From assembly GCF_009914755.1 (NCBI RefSeq), contig NC_060931.1: a stretch of 64,000 nt of DNA, one strand, 5' to 3'. The first letter of the stretch is position 1. Every line of letters begins with the position of its first letter. Under the pieces are notes generated by a model. It was not told the origin of the DNA. It searched no databases and saw only the letters and a program-made list of their open reading frames with translations. The DNA comes from the human T2T-CHM13v2.0 reference genome, Homo sapiens. Made by a program: the position numbers and the translations under genes. This document shows, piece by piece, positions 1-26,501 of the stretch.

Positions 1-19
1 ATATCCCCACAATAACTGA

Positions 20-125
20 TAGTACTCCTATTTTACAAATTAGAATATTGAACTTTAGTTAACATCCCTCAAATAGTCCCATAGCTTGTAAGTGCCAAAA
101 CTAAGAATCAAAGCCAAGTCTTGAA
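20..125 (-). mobile_element. MIR fragment (degenerate SINE)
   Basis: CCTATTTTACAAAT...CATAGCTTGTAAGTG...AATCAAAGCCAAGTC resembles the reverse complement of the MIR core. Confidence 0.45.
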
Positions 126-320
126 TATTATCCTTCACTTATATCATGGGACTAAGGCTAACTTACAAATCAGCATATTAAGAAGTCTGGATGTCATTTA
201 TAACCATTTATACCTAAAAACTAGGTAGCAAATGAAGGTGAAAGTCAAAGCATGTTGCCAGACAATTGCTGCTGTACTTTATACTTTGGCTTTGTGTGCT
301 ATTTGCTAAAGCTAAGAATT

Positions 321-1498
<1,178 letters not shown>

Positions 1499-1639
1499 GA
1501 AATTGATCAGATTTTAAATAAAATTGCCAGCACTGTCAAAAAAAAAAAAAAAAGAGAAGAGGAATGAGGCAGAATGGTGTATATGAAAATATCTCTTCAT
1601 TGCCTACACAACATTCAATAACCTTTCCCTGCTGCTAGA

Positions 1640-2190
1640 TATTATTCAGGTGGTGCCTACAGTACCTTGATTTCAGAGACTTTCAGTTCTCACCATAGGC
1701 TAGGAAGCAAAGCTCCATTGGTATAAACCATTGTAGTTATCTAATTGTCTTTGGTCAATTATTGGTCTGGAAGTGGTCATGTGAGTTACTTTTAACCCAA
1801 AAGATATAACAGAAAGTCTTCTGGAGTGAGCTTCTAGAAAGGCATTACATTCTCAATTAAAAAAAAAAAGAAAAGATATGGCCCATGTAGATCTTTGCTT
1901 CTTTTTCTTTCTTCTTGCCTGGAATGCAGATATAATGCTTGTTGCTACATCAGCCATGCTGTGACTAAGAAATGACAAGGATGAGAGTGAAAGACAATAT
2001 ACTAAGCATGGCAGTGTACAAAGGATGCAAAAAGATCTTGGGTCTCTGACACTATGGTTGAGCACCTGCATCAGCCCTGGGCAGCCTATCATCAACATTC
2101 ATGTTATGAGGTGGGAAAAAAAGGAAAAATAACCCTTAATTTTTCATCCATGATAGGTTTTCATTGATCTGCAGCAGAATATGATTTTAA
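1640..2190 (+). mobile_element. Old ERVL/MaLR-class solo LTR (LTR33/MLT1-like)
   Basis: GGTCATGTGA, CTTGCCTGGAATGCAGAT, CAGCCATG, AAGCATGGCAG and CAGCCCTGG motifs in the expected order; boundaries approximate. Confidence 0.5.
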
Positions 2191-3513
2191 ATGATAAAAG
2201 CTTTAAAACATGACCTACAATATGTGCAGTTGCTGGACAATTTTTGTTGATATATTTATCACACTAAAAATCACAAACTCCCAAACCACCTTTGCTGACC
2301 CAACTACTGGGTACCAGCAAGCTCTCTGTCACCTAGACTGCCTTGTGCTAGACTCAATGCCTTTGGATTCAGAGGAAAGAAAGGCCAGGGCAATGACTTC
2401 AAGCAACCGTGTGGTATCTGTTTAAGTCATAAAATATCTTGTAGACCTCAGGCTAGCAGGTTGATTTAACATTTTATGACACACTTTAGAGCAATAAATA
2501 CCTAGAATTTTGAAATGAGTCCATGGTAACATTGGCAGAAATGACTGTGAGTAATTTGAAAAAGAACTTGGAGTGTTAGAATTCTGTAAGCATGAGACTT
2601 ATTGAAGTGAGGTCCCATAATCATTATAAAATGTAAATGTTAGATTTATAGGAGCGTTCACAGCTTTAGTATCTTTATCACAAAAACATTTTCAAATTTA
2701 TTTCTCATGTGCAATCTAATTTGTATAAATCCTTCTACACTCCAGGATTTACTTTATTAATCTGTAATATTTCTCTATAGTAACTGTAATAAGCCAAGGA
2801 AATAACAATCTGGGGGAGCTTCTCTATATTTAGAAAAGTTAAGAAAGTGAAACCTTTCTGGGAAGCATATTTAAGATTCCTAAAAGGCCTCTAGTATTTC
2901 ACTGAATTTTAAAGTGACTGGAAATAAGTATAAGGTTCATTTGTAGAGATTTGTCTTTTTAAAAGAGCTTCTTCCCATTTGATTTACTTTTGTGTAAAAC
3001 TTTTGGTTTATATAAACTATTGTTTCCTATAATGGAAAATATTAATATTATGCTTAAAATTTCCAAACTGTTATTGGTTTCCACACCTTGGAGAAGATAC
3101 TAGTGTGTCAACACAAGCAAAGCACATGCACCAAACTTCAGATGTTTATTTTATCATTTGTAGCTAGAGAAATGTAATTATTTTAAGTGGCTATAATTTA
3201 ATGCTTTGACATTTCTCGAATCACAGCATGAAAATGACTTTACACTTTTGCTAGCAAGTACAAGAGAAACCAATAAGGCAATATTTAAAAGCACATTGCA
3301 AAGAGAAGACACTTCCACTAGTATATAAGATATCTTAATAACATCTGATCAATAAACAGTTGAATAAATATGGAGGTTTCTGGTCCGCTTTTTTTAGCGT
3401 GTGTGAATTTTGCCATCTCATTAAATTTCAAATATTTTTATCATGTTTACATGCTGAAGTCATTTGAAAGCTAACTTACCTGTTGGGAATATTGAGAGTC
3501 AGAAGTCAATTAA

Positions 3514-3860
<347 letters not shown>

Positions 3861-4645
3861 TAATACCCAGGCAAATTGAAGGTGAATGTTTTGGGCAGTC
3901 AATAAATTAAACATATAATTTCAAAAAAGAGATTGTTAAAATGAAGTATGTGATTTCCAGATATGTGTGTGTACACATGTGTATACACACACTCATTTTC
4001 CTTTCAGTAGCCACGAAGTGAAATTGTTGGTAGTTAACACTAAATTTAGTCCAATCTTTGCTTATGGAAATCTTAGCAATGAAAAAAAAATATAAATATG
4101 AAATAATTTACTTTATTTCAACTCTAATATTCTCTACAATTTTGGAATGGTCAAAGACAGGGTAGCTAACTGCTTTCTAACAATTGAAAGTCAATTTCCT
4201 TAATTGAAAAGTAAATATAAAAATAACATATAGCTATCAAAAATTAACTTCACCATGCATCATTGCTTTATGAACTGGGTGTATTATTCTGTTTGTGGAA
4301 TAAGCACTTAAAAGAAATTTAAGTTATGTAGGCTGTCTAGCATTTGGGCAAGAATGGAAAATATCCATCAAATTTTATTCAAAATATCTCCTTTATGAAG
4401 CCATCTCTAACATTTCTCAGCTGCTTTCATATACATTCAATTGGTAAACATTTCTTACTAAAGATAACTTGTTTTGTCATTCAGAGAAAATTATTTGAAA
4501 TTTGAAAAGTCACTGCCCCTGCTTTGCCATTTAGTCTATTATTAGTCAATTCAAAGAACAAGTTAAAGTGATTGATATAAAAATACTGAAAGTTACTTAT
4601 AAGTTTTACTTGTTCCTATCTCACAGGAAGATAAAACACCTTGTT

Positions 4646-5511
4646 CAAATTTACAAGAAAAAAACCAACAACCCCATCAAAAAGTGGGCAAAGGATATGA
4701 ACAGACACTTCTCTAAAGAAGACATTTATGCAGCCAACAGACACATGAAAAAAACTCATCATCACTTTTCATTAGAGAAATACAAATCAAAACCACAATG
4801 AAATACCATCTCATGCCAGTTAGAATGGCAATCATTAAAAAGTCAGAAAACAACAGATGCTGGAGAGGATGTGGAGAAATAGAAACACATTTATACTGTT
4901 GATGGGAGTGTAAATTAGTTCAACCATGTGGAAGAGAGTTTGGCAATTCCTCAAGGATCTAGAACTAGAAATACCATTTGACCCAGCAATCCCATTACTG
5001 GGTGTATATATTCAAAGGATTATAACAATAAACACGTATGTTTATTGTGGCACTATTCACAATAGCAAAGACTTGGAACCAAACCAAATGCCTATCAATG
5101 ATAGATTGGATAAAGGAAATGTGGCACGTATACACCATAGAATAGTATGCAGCCATCAAAAAGGATGAGTTCATTTCCTTTGCAGCGACATGGATGAAGC
5201 TGCAAACCATCATTCTATGCAAACTAACCCAGGAACAGAAAACCAAACACCACATGTTCTCACTCAAAAGTGTGAGTTGAACAATGAGAACACATGGACA
5301 CAGAGAGGGGAACATCACACACTGGGGCCTGTCGAGGGGTCGGGGGCAAGGGGAGGGATAGCATTATAACAAATAGCTAATGCATGCAGGGCTTAAAACA
5401 GAGATGACAGGTTGATGGGTGCAGCAAACCAACATGGCACATGTATACCTATGTAACAAACCTGCATGTTCTGCACATGTATCACAGAACTTAAAGTACA
5501 ATAAAAAATAA
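4646..5511 (+). mobile_element. 5'-truncated L1 (L1PA7-like)
   Basis: ORF2 3' end plus 3'UTR GCATGCAGGGCTTAAAAC..GATGGGTGCAGCAAACC; TSD ATAAAA(C)CACCTT on both sides. Confidence 0.93.
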
Positions 5512-5529
5512 AACCACCTTTTATTTTAT

Positions 5530-6221
5530 TTTTCAATAAATACATATTTATTGAGTCCTTACCATGTGTTAGATATTGTATCTTCAGTTACATCAGTAAA
5601 CTAAACAAAAACCTTACCCTAGTTAACCTTGAACTCTAGAGCTTGCAGATAGTCAATAAATAATAAAGGCAATAAATAAGCACATTAAACAGTAAGTTAT
5701 TAGATGGCATGTGCTATTAGAGAAAGAAAAAGTAGACTGGAATCAGAAAAAATTGAGTTAAAGAGGCAGAATGTGAAAAATCACAATTTTAAATGAAATT
5801 TTCAGGGTATGCCTTATTTCCTGTGGTGTAAATACTTCCGCTCTGGTTAATTTCAAGCTACCAAAGGTTTGAAAAATAGCTTACAAAATTCTTGAATATT
5901 TAACAATTGGTTCTTATTGGTAAAAAGGGGGCTCAGCACAAAATTTGAGCACAGACTTTAAGAAATGGAAGGTGTTAGCCAAACAAACATCTGGGGGAAG
6001 ACCCTTCCAGAGGCAGCAGTTAGAGCAAAGGCAGTACCTGGAAGGTTTGAGGAGCAGCAGATAGGTCAGCCCAGGGCAAGAAGCGATGGGGAATAGGAGA
6101 AGCAATCAGATTCTGAAGGACCTTTTAGGACTTTGCAAAGGCTTTCATTTTCACCCTGAGTGAAAAAGAATCCACTGAAATGTACTGAGTAGAGGAGTGA
6201 CATGATCTGACTTACATTTTC
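5530..6221 (-). mobile_element. L2 fragment, left part (interrupted by MER63 and the L1PA6)
   Basis: ATATTTATTGAG..CCATGTG 3'-end motif; GGAGTGACATGATCTGACTTA continues after the L1 at 12385. Confidence 0.6.
5822..5940. mobile_element. MER63-like hAT-Blackjack DNA transposon fragment
   Basis: GGTGTAAATACT..ATTTCAAGCTACCAA..CAAAATTCTTGAATATTTAACAATTGG..CTCAGCACA. Confidence 0.55.
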
Positions 6222-12384
<6,163 letters not shown>

Positions 12385-13030
12385 GATCTGACTTATATTT
12401 TCAAAGGACCAGTTTGTCTGTTTTGTCAGGAATAGATTTCAGTAGAACAAATTTAGAATGCATCAGTTTGGCAGTTAAGCCACTGATCCAGAGGGTGGTG
12501 TTAGCTCAGATTCGGATGGCAGTAGAGAAGGAGCAAGCTCTATATAGATTTTGAAGACTGAACCAAGCAACTTTACTAATAGATTGGATGTATGATGAGA
12601 GGGAAATGGAAGAGTCAGGAATGACTCCCAAGTTTGGCAGCTGAGAAGGAGAGCAATGGAATTGCCTTTGAACTAGATAGAGAAGGCTGTAGTGGAGCAG
12701 GTTTAGATCAGGAGTTCAGTTTCTAACAGCTTGCGTTTGAGATGTCTATTAGACATATAAGCAGAGATATCAAGAAGACATATTGAAATATGAATTTAGA
12801 CTTTGGGAGGGAGGTCTGGGTTAGGGATATACAATTTGGAGTCACCAAATATGAATGCTATTTAAAACCATACAATTGGAGGAAAATACCAAGGAGGTAA
12901 GTATAGATGGGTGAGAACCAATAACTGAGTTGTGGAGCATTTCAACACTTACAGGTTGGAGAGAAGAGACAGAATCAAAAGGGAAAGTGAAAAGGAGTAA
13001 TAAAGTGGGGTAAAAGCTAAAAGAAAAGAT
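12385..13030 (-). mobile_element. L2 fragment, right part
   Basis: GAGTCAGGAATGACTCCCAAG, CAGGAGTTCAGTTT, GAGATGTCTATTAGACAT and GAGGTCTGGG motifs. Confidence 0.65.
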
Positions 13031-13479
13031 GTGAAGAAAGTATATCGAATATGGATTTAATATCTTTTCTTATGGAAGTGCTTTTCTTCATAGTAAGTTT
13101 TTGCTCATCCTAAATAGGTAGTGTCTAGGATTGAAAACTATAGAATTAACATTCTAATAAAATTATGTTTAGTTGGCAGTAATAGCCTTTACCATAGTAA
13201 TGATCAAAAAGCCATCTATTTTAATGATTATAATTTGCTTTGCATTCAGCTCAAAAAGGAATCTGAGGTCTTTTATTAGAGATTCCACTATCAAATCAGA
13301 ACTTGAATTTTGATTTTTTGATGCTTTGGACACACAAAATTGAATCATAATCCCTGATTCATAATACACTTTTAGCATTGTATGATGTGCTTTTACTTAA
13401 TAGCTATTTAGATATTTATATTTAACACCCCAAACCCCCCACCTAAAACCCAGTATCAAAAACAAAAGGTAGGATATTG

Positions 13480-14480
13480 AAAATTACCTTATCTAACCAG
13501 TATGCCTTCCATCACCTTTTCCTGGATCCCTCTACACAAGATAATCATCCCCCTGAGTGTTATCTTTATTATTCTTCCCTAGCTTTATTTCTTTTTTTTT
13601 TCTAGACTTAGTGCATGCCTATGTATTTCTTTAAACATATTTTTCACTTTTAGGTTTTTTAATTTTAAAAAAGGGTAAAACATTTAATATTCTCAGATTT
13701 TTATATATTATTTGCTGAGAGTCATTGTATGTATTATATTTGAGTAGTTCATTTATCTTCACTGCTATATAATATTCCATTGTGTAAATGGATTCCATTA
13801 AATCAATCTCATATTGATGCATCTTTGAGTTGTTTGCAGAATTTTGCTATTGTGAACAGTATTTCTGGGAACATTCTTACTGGTCTCCTCATATATGTAT
13901 CTGGTCCATCGATCTCTTTCTAGTCTTGCACAAACATCACACCATCTTAATTACTATAGCTTTACAATAACTTTTAATATCTTTAAAATCAAGTTATACC
14001 AATTTTTCCTTCTTCAGCTGTACCATTACATGGTCATTTGCATTTTCATATATATATTTAAATATCAACTTGTCAAGTTCTACAAAAAGTTCATTGAAAC
14101 TTTGATTTGTAATTAAATTGAAACTATAATCAGAGTAAACTGAAATTTTTATAGCATTGAAACTTCCAATTCATAAACTTACTATACACAATTTTTAAAG
14201 TCACATTTAGTGGCTTTAGATAAAGTTTTCTAATTTGTTTCCTCTGTAGACATCATGCACTTCTTTTAGTAAATCTGTTCTTAGATTTCATATTTTATAG
14301 TGTTGAAATCGTATTTTAAAATTACATTTTGTTTTTCTGATCTGTATACAGTTGATTTCTGCATATTTTATCTTTAGTAACTTTTGCTATATTTTTGATC
14401 CTAATGGTTTCTTGAAATTTGCCAAATAGAATTAGTTATTATGATCTTATTCCTTTGTTTTCTAACTTTTTATAAGTAGA
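13480..14480 (-). mobile_element. Ancient L1M (L1ME-like) fragments
   Basis: Degenerate L1 3'-region motifs (TATAATATTCCATTGTGT, TTTTGCTATTGTGAACAG, TCTTAATTACTATAGCTTTA). Confidence 0.45.
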
Positions 14481-14490
14481 CTTTTAAAAA

Positions 14491-15965
14491 TAATTTCAAC
14501 TTTTATTTTAGGTACAGGGGATGCATGTACAAGTTTGTTACATAGGCATATATTACATGCTGCTGAAGTTTGGGGTGCACATCCTGACACTCAGGTAGTG
14601 AGCTGTAAGGTAGTGAATAGGTAGTTTTTCAGTCCACAACCCCCTCCCTACTCCTCTAGTAGTCTGCAATGTTTAGACAGTATCTATGTCTAAAGATGTT
14701 TCTATCTTTATATCTGTGAGTACCGACTGTCTCACAAGTGAGAACATGCAGTATTTGGTTTTCTACTCCTGCATTAATTTGCATAGGATTATGGCCTCTG
14801 GCTGCATCCATGTTGCTGCAAAAAACATGATTTCATTTTTTATGGCTGCATAGTATTCCATGGGATATATGTACCACATTTTCTTAATCCAATCCACCAT
14901 TGATAGGTACCTGGGTTGACTCCATGTCTTTGCTGTTGTGAATAGCATGATGGTGAACATATAAGTACATGTGTCTTTTCGGTAGAACAATGTATTTTCC
15001 TTTGGGTATATATCCAATAATAGGATTGTTGGGTTGGATGATAGGTCTGTTTTAAGTCCTTTGAGAAATCTCCAAAATGCTTTCCACAGTAGCTGAACTA
15101 ATTTACATTCCCACCAACAGTGTATAAGTGTACCCTTTCCCACAACCTCACCAACATGTTATTTTTTGACTTTTAAAAATAATAGCCATTTTGACTTTTT
15201 AATAATAGCCATTCGGACTAGTGTGAGATGATATCTCATTGTGATTTTGATTTGCATTTCTCTGATGATTAGTGATGCTGAGCATTTTTTTATGTTTGTT
15301 GGCTGCATGTATGTCTTCTTTTGAGAAGTGTCTGTTCATGTCTTTTGCCCATTTTTTAATGGGGTTATTTGGTTTTCACTTGCTAAATTGTTTAGGTTTC
15401 TTATAGATTCTGGATATTAGACATTTGTTGGATGCGTAGTTTGCAAATTTCTTTCCCATTCTGTAGGTTGTCAGTTTACTCAGTTGATAGTTTCTTTTGC
15501 TGTGCAGAAGCTCTTTAGTCTAATTAGGTCCCACTTACCAATTTTTAGTTGTGATGCAATTGCTTTTGAGGGCTTATAGATAAATTATTTCCCAAGGCCT
15601 ACATCCAGAATGGTGTTTCTGAGGCTTTCTTACAGGATTTTTATACTTTTAGGTTTCACACTTAAATATTTAATCCTTCTTGAGTTAATTTTTGTATGTG
15701 GTGAAACAGAGGTCCATTTCATTCCTCTATACATAGCTAGCCAGCTATCCCAGCACCATTTACTGAATAAAAGGAGTCCTTTCCTCATCACTTGTTTCTA
15801 TCAGCTTTGTTGAAGATTAGATGGTTGTATGTGTGTGGCTTTATTTCTAGGTTATCTGTTGTGTTCCATTGGTCTATGTGTCTGTTTTCGTACCAACATC
15901 ATGCTGCTTCATTTATGGTAGCCTTATAGTTTGAAGCAGGGTAGTGTGATGCCTCCAACTTTGTC
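14491..15965 (-). mobile_element. 5'-truncated L1 (L1PA13-16-like) 3' part
   Basis: ORF 14763-15143 is the ORF2 C-terminus; 3'UTR AATAGGTAGTTTTTC..CCTCTAGTAGTC type. Confidence 0.9.
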
Positions 15966-15969
15966 TATT

Positions 15970-17150
15970 TTCTCAATATTTTCCAGACTTTTTAATTTCC
16001 TCTTTAGCACCTGAATTGATTAGACATATGTTCCATTTCCAAATTTTAAAATATTATTTTGTCTTTTACCTCAAAATTAATTTCATTATGATCCAAGAAT
16101 ATATTCTGTGAATGTTACGGCATCTTTCTTTGTGTCTCGTTTTGTGATCAATTTTCATTATTCTTTATGTGAATATGCAAACTATAATTCTTCTGCTTTG
16201 TTAGATACAGAGTTCTATAATGACTCTAATATTGTGTGCTAATTATATTGTTTTAAATCCTCTTCTGGGCTGGGCATGGTGGCTCACACCTGTAATCCCA
16301 GCACTTTGGGCAACCAAGGCGGGTAGATCACCTGAGGTCAGGAGTTTGAGACCAGCTTGACCAACATAGTGAATCCCTGTCTTTACTACAAATACAAAAA
16401 TTAGCTGGGCATGGTGGTGTATGACTCTAGTCCCAGCTACTCCGGAGGCTGAGGCAGGAGAATCACTTAAACCCAGAAGGCAGAGGTTGCAGTGAGGTGA
16501 GCTCACACCACTACACTCCAGGCTGGAGCGAGTGTAGTGAGACTCCATCTCAGAGCGAGACTCCATCTCAGAGAAAAAAAAAAAAAAAAAAAAAAATTCT
16601 GTCTACTTGATCTATCAATTAAGGAGAGAGGTGAATTATAACCTCCCAATATGATAGTGGATTTGTCTAATTCTTGATATATATACTATATTAGAGGCTA
16701 TGCGATAAGAAAATATAAATTTATATTTTCCTTGTGGCATAAATATCTATGACTTAAACTTGGATTTATTTTAATATGTATTCTGTACTTACAGCTATTC
16801 TGCATTTTCTGTTTTCTGTTTTCTTTTCTTCATTTCGTTTTTTAAATTGATCTTTTAATTGTTCTTTTTTTCTATCCTGCTTTTAAGTTATATATTCTAT
16901 TTTTATTCTTTTAATGGCTGCCTTAGAATTTTAATATGTATACCTAATTTGTTGTATACAAATTTGATCAGTATTTATTACCTGACTCCAAAGCAATCTT
17001 AGGTCTTTAGAACACTCTAACTTCAGTTATGACCTTCAACTTCCATGTCATTATTACGTATTTTACTCATAATTTCACCCCATACTATTAATTTGCAAAA
17101 TCAATGTTTCCTTAGATTTCTCCAAATACTTAACATTTTCTTTGCTCTTC
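15970..17150 (-). mobile_element. Ancient L1M fragments flanking the Alu
   Basis: Degenerate antisense ORF2 motifs (CTATCAATTAAGGAGAGAGGTG..CTCCCAATATGATAGTGGATTTGTC). Confidence 0.4.
16268..16596 (+). mobile_element. AluS (Sx-like) with rearranged 3' end
   Basis: Dimeric Alu, A23 tail; fold-back and 18-bp-period duplication at 16509-16573. Confidence 0.97.
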
Positions 17151-17164
17151 TAGCTCAATTTTGC

Positions 17165-17732
17165 ACTGAAAATAAACTATCTCAGGCAGATCTCCAGGCA
17201 ATCAGAGAAGCTGCTTGCCAGGATTAGGAGCCTGAGCCACCCTACCCTTCCTGTGCAGAGACTGTGGTGAAGTGAGGCCCTCTCCACTCCAAGACCAGGC
17301 AGATCTCCAGACATTCAGAGCACACCCTCACCTGGATCAGCAGCTTGAGTACACCCAGCCTTCCTATGCAGAGACCCTGGTACTGGGAGGGCCTCTCAAT
17401 TTCATTTCCAGACAGAACTGCAAGCAACTGGAGCATCCACTCTTCTGGATTATTAGTTTAGGCTGCCTCCACTGTCCCACCCACTCCAGCAGAGAATGTT
17501 TGCCAGCTCCACACCTAGGCACACCTCTGGGTGCTTGGTGGCTGCCCACTGGATTCACCCTCAGCACTGGAGCTTACACTTACCATCAGGGAACCTACCT
17601 GGTCTGGCCCTGCCCATCTTTTCCCCTGCCCCTCTGAGGCTAAGCAGGGAGTTCAAACTGCTGTGCATCCCACAGATTAACCCATTGACAGAGGCAACAG
17701 GAGAGCTTCTCTGAGTGAAAAATAATCATTCA
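17165..17732 (+). mobile_element. Older L1P 5'UTR with three ~113-bp tandem units (host of the right L1PA6)
   Basis: CAGGCAGATCTCCAG at 17183 and 17296, degenerate copy at 17409; continues into ORF1 after 23910. Confidence 0.7.
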
Positions 17733-23909
<6,177 letters not shown>

Positions 23910-25705
23910 AAATAAGCATATACCCAACCACATTGGCTGGAGCTGGCTTTTACCCATAATCGCCACCTACTGGCCATTCCCTTGAACTGCACATCCCAGT
24001 ATATAACCCGTGGAGAGAAGGGCATAGGTCTATAGAAGCAAAGCCCAAAGACCCTATCCAACATCCTCTATAGTCACAACCCCTGGAGTAATGGGAGGAA
24101 GGGAAGGAGAAATAAATACAATAATATAGGGAAAGAAGAAAGAAGAGAAATCCTACCCACATGAAAATAATTACAAAAATTAAAAGTGCCATCTTCTTCA
24201 GATGAGAAGGAACCATCATAAAAATTCTTGAGAAATCCGAATGTACTGACACTACCAGAGGATCACAGTAGCTCTCCAACAATGGTTCCTAACCAAAATG
24301 GAAACTGAGAAATGAAAGATAAAGAATTCAAAGCATGGATTGCAAAGAAGCTGAATGAGATCCAAGATTGAAAATCATCATCAACAACAACAACAACAAG
24401 TGATCTAAAGCAATCCAGGAAATGAAGAAAGAGATAAACATCTTAAAAAGAAATCAATCAGAGCTTCTGGAATTGAAAAACTGACTTAAGGAATTTCAAA
24501 ATAGAATGGAATGCTATAGCAATAGACTGGACAAAGCAGAGAAGTAATTTCAGAACTTGAAGAACAAGTCTTTCAAATTAACCCTGTCAGATAAAAGTAA
24601 GAAAAAAGAATTTTAAAGAATGAATAAAGTTTTCAACAAATATGGACTTATGTAAACTATCAAACCTATAATTTATTGGCATTCCTGAGAGAGAAGCAAA
24701 AAAAGCAAATGACCTGGAAAACACATTTGTCAGAGTAATTCAAGAAAAATTCCCTAATCTTGCTTGAGAGAGATACATGCAGATACAAGACATCCAGGGA
24801 ACACCCGCAAGACCCTATACAAAATAAACATCACCAAGGCATATCATTACCAGACTCTCCATGGGCAACACTAAAGAAAAAAATCAAAGGCATTTAAAGG
24901 AAAAGGTCGTATCACTTACAAAGGGAACCCCATCAAGAGTAGACTTCCAAATAGAAACCTTACAAGTAAGGAGAGATTGAGGACCTATTTTTAGCATTTT
25001 AAAGAAAAAAAATTCCAATCAAGATCTTCATATCCCACCAACTAAGCTTGATAAACAGTGGATAAATAATTTTTTTCCAGAAAGGCAAGCACTAAGGGAA
25101 TTTGTTACTACTAGACCACCCTTAGCAGAGATCCTTAAGGTAGTTCTAAGCATGGAAACAAAAGAATGATACATACTACCACAAAAACACACTGAGATAT
25201 ATAACCCACAGACCTTATAAAGCAACCACAAAATAGAAACTACAAAGCAACCAGCTAACAACTTCAAGATAGGATCAAAACCTCACATATCAATATTAAC
25301 CTTGAATGTAAGTGATCTAAATGCCCCAGTTAAAAGGCACAGAATTGCAAGTTGAATAAAAAAAACAAGACTCATCCATCTGCTGTCTTCAGGAGACCCA
25401 TCTCACATGTAATGACACCAACAGGCTCAAAGTAAAGTGTTGTAGAAAGATCTATCACACCAACAGAAAACAAAAAAGAGCAGAGGTCACTATTATATCA
25501 GACAAAACAGACTTTGAACCAACAACAGTAAAAAAAAAAAAAAAAAAAAAAGGACAAGGAAGGGCATTACTTAATGATAAAGGGTTTAATTCAACAAGAA
25601 AAAATTATCCTAAATATATATGCATCTAACATTGGAGCACTCAGATTCATAAAACAAGTACTTCCAGGCCTAAGAAAAGACTTAGACAACTACACAGTAA
25701 TAGTC
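23910..25705 (+). mobile_element. Continuation of the older L1P: 5'UTR end, ORF1, ORF2 endonuclease start (3'-truncated)
   Basis: ATAGGATCAAAACCTCACATATCAATATTAACCTTGAATGTAA ORF2 start; TGCTGTCTTCAGGAGACCCATCTC. Confidence 0.85.
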
Positions 25706-25771
25706 AGAATAGCACTGTAGAACCAAAAAATGTCTAGCCGTAGAACACAGGATTTGTCACATGATTTAAAG

Positions 25772-25973
25772 CAGAGGTATCCAATCTTTTGGCTTTCCTG
25801 GGCGACATTGGAAGAATTGTCTTGGGCCACACATAAAATATACTGACACTAACAACAGCTCATGAGCTAAAAAAATTGGTAAGATCTCATAATGTTTTAA
25901 GAAATATGTTGGGCCACATTCAAAGCCATTCCGGGCTGCATGCAGCCCATGGGCCATGGGTTAGACAAGCTTG
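25772..25973 (+). mobile_element. MER30 (hAT-Charlie non-autonomous DNA transposon)
   Basis: CAGAGGTATCCAATC...TTAGACAAGCTTG termini; perfect 8-bp TSD ATTTAAAG at 25764-25771 and 25974-25981. Confidence 0.93.
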
Positions 25974-26104
25974 ATTTAAAGAGAAGGACAAATATTGTTA
26001 GGCACTTAAGGTAGTATCTAATGAAAGTCATTATACACAACACAAACAATCAAAGAAAAGGAGCAAATAGAGATATGGAAGCCCAGAAATTCAACAAATT
26101 CATA

Positions 26105-26501
26105 TTGTGCTTGCTGCCAATAAGCTTTTCTGAAAGCGGAGGCTGAGGTGAAGTTTTTAGAGATTAACACCTATGGAAGGGAAACAGAAGAAGCAGAAAG
26201 GGTCAAAGGGGAAGTCTGGATTCAAGCCCTATAAAACCTCTGTCATCCTCACAGCAAGATCTGGAATTAGAATTATGCTAGAGTTATGCAGCATGCAGCT
26301 AAAATGGCCAAGCTTTTCTAATCCCGTCTTGACTAGTCACTGGAGGTGGTCTGCCCTGGGAAATAGTGATCCTTGGCCAGACAGTACACTGCAGCTGAGG
26401 CAAACCCTGAAGGGGCTGACAGATGGAGGCTGCCTGCTGATAGACAGGGGAACATGTCCTCCTATGAAGTGAGGTCTGAGAGGCACATCTTGTCCACCAC
26501 A
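26105..26501 (-). mobile_element. LTR40-like ERVL solo LTR
   Basis: AACACCTATGGAAGGGA..CTGCAGCTGAGGCAAACCCTGAAGG..GTCCACCACA. Confidence 0.6.

Noticed and set aside
17183-17460. Three ~113-bp direct repeats (CRISPR-like or novel array?)
   Set aside because: Whole units are similar, with no unique spacers; they are tandem monomers of an older L1 5'UTR.
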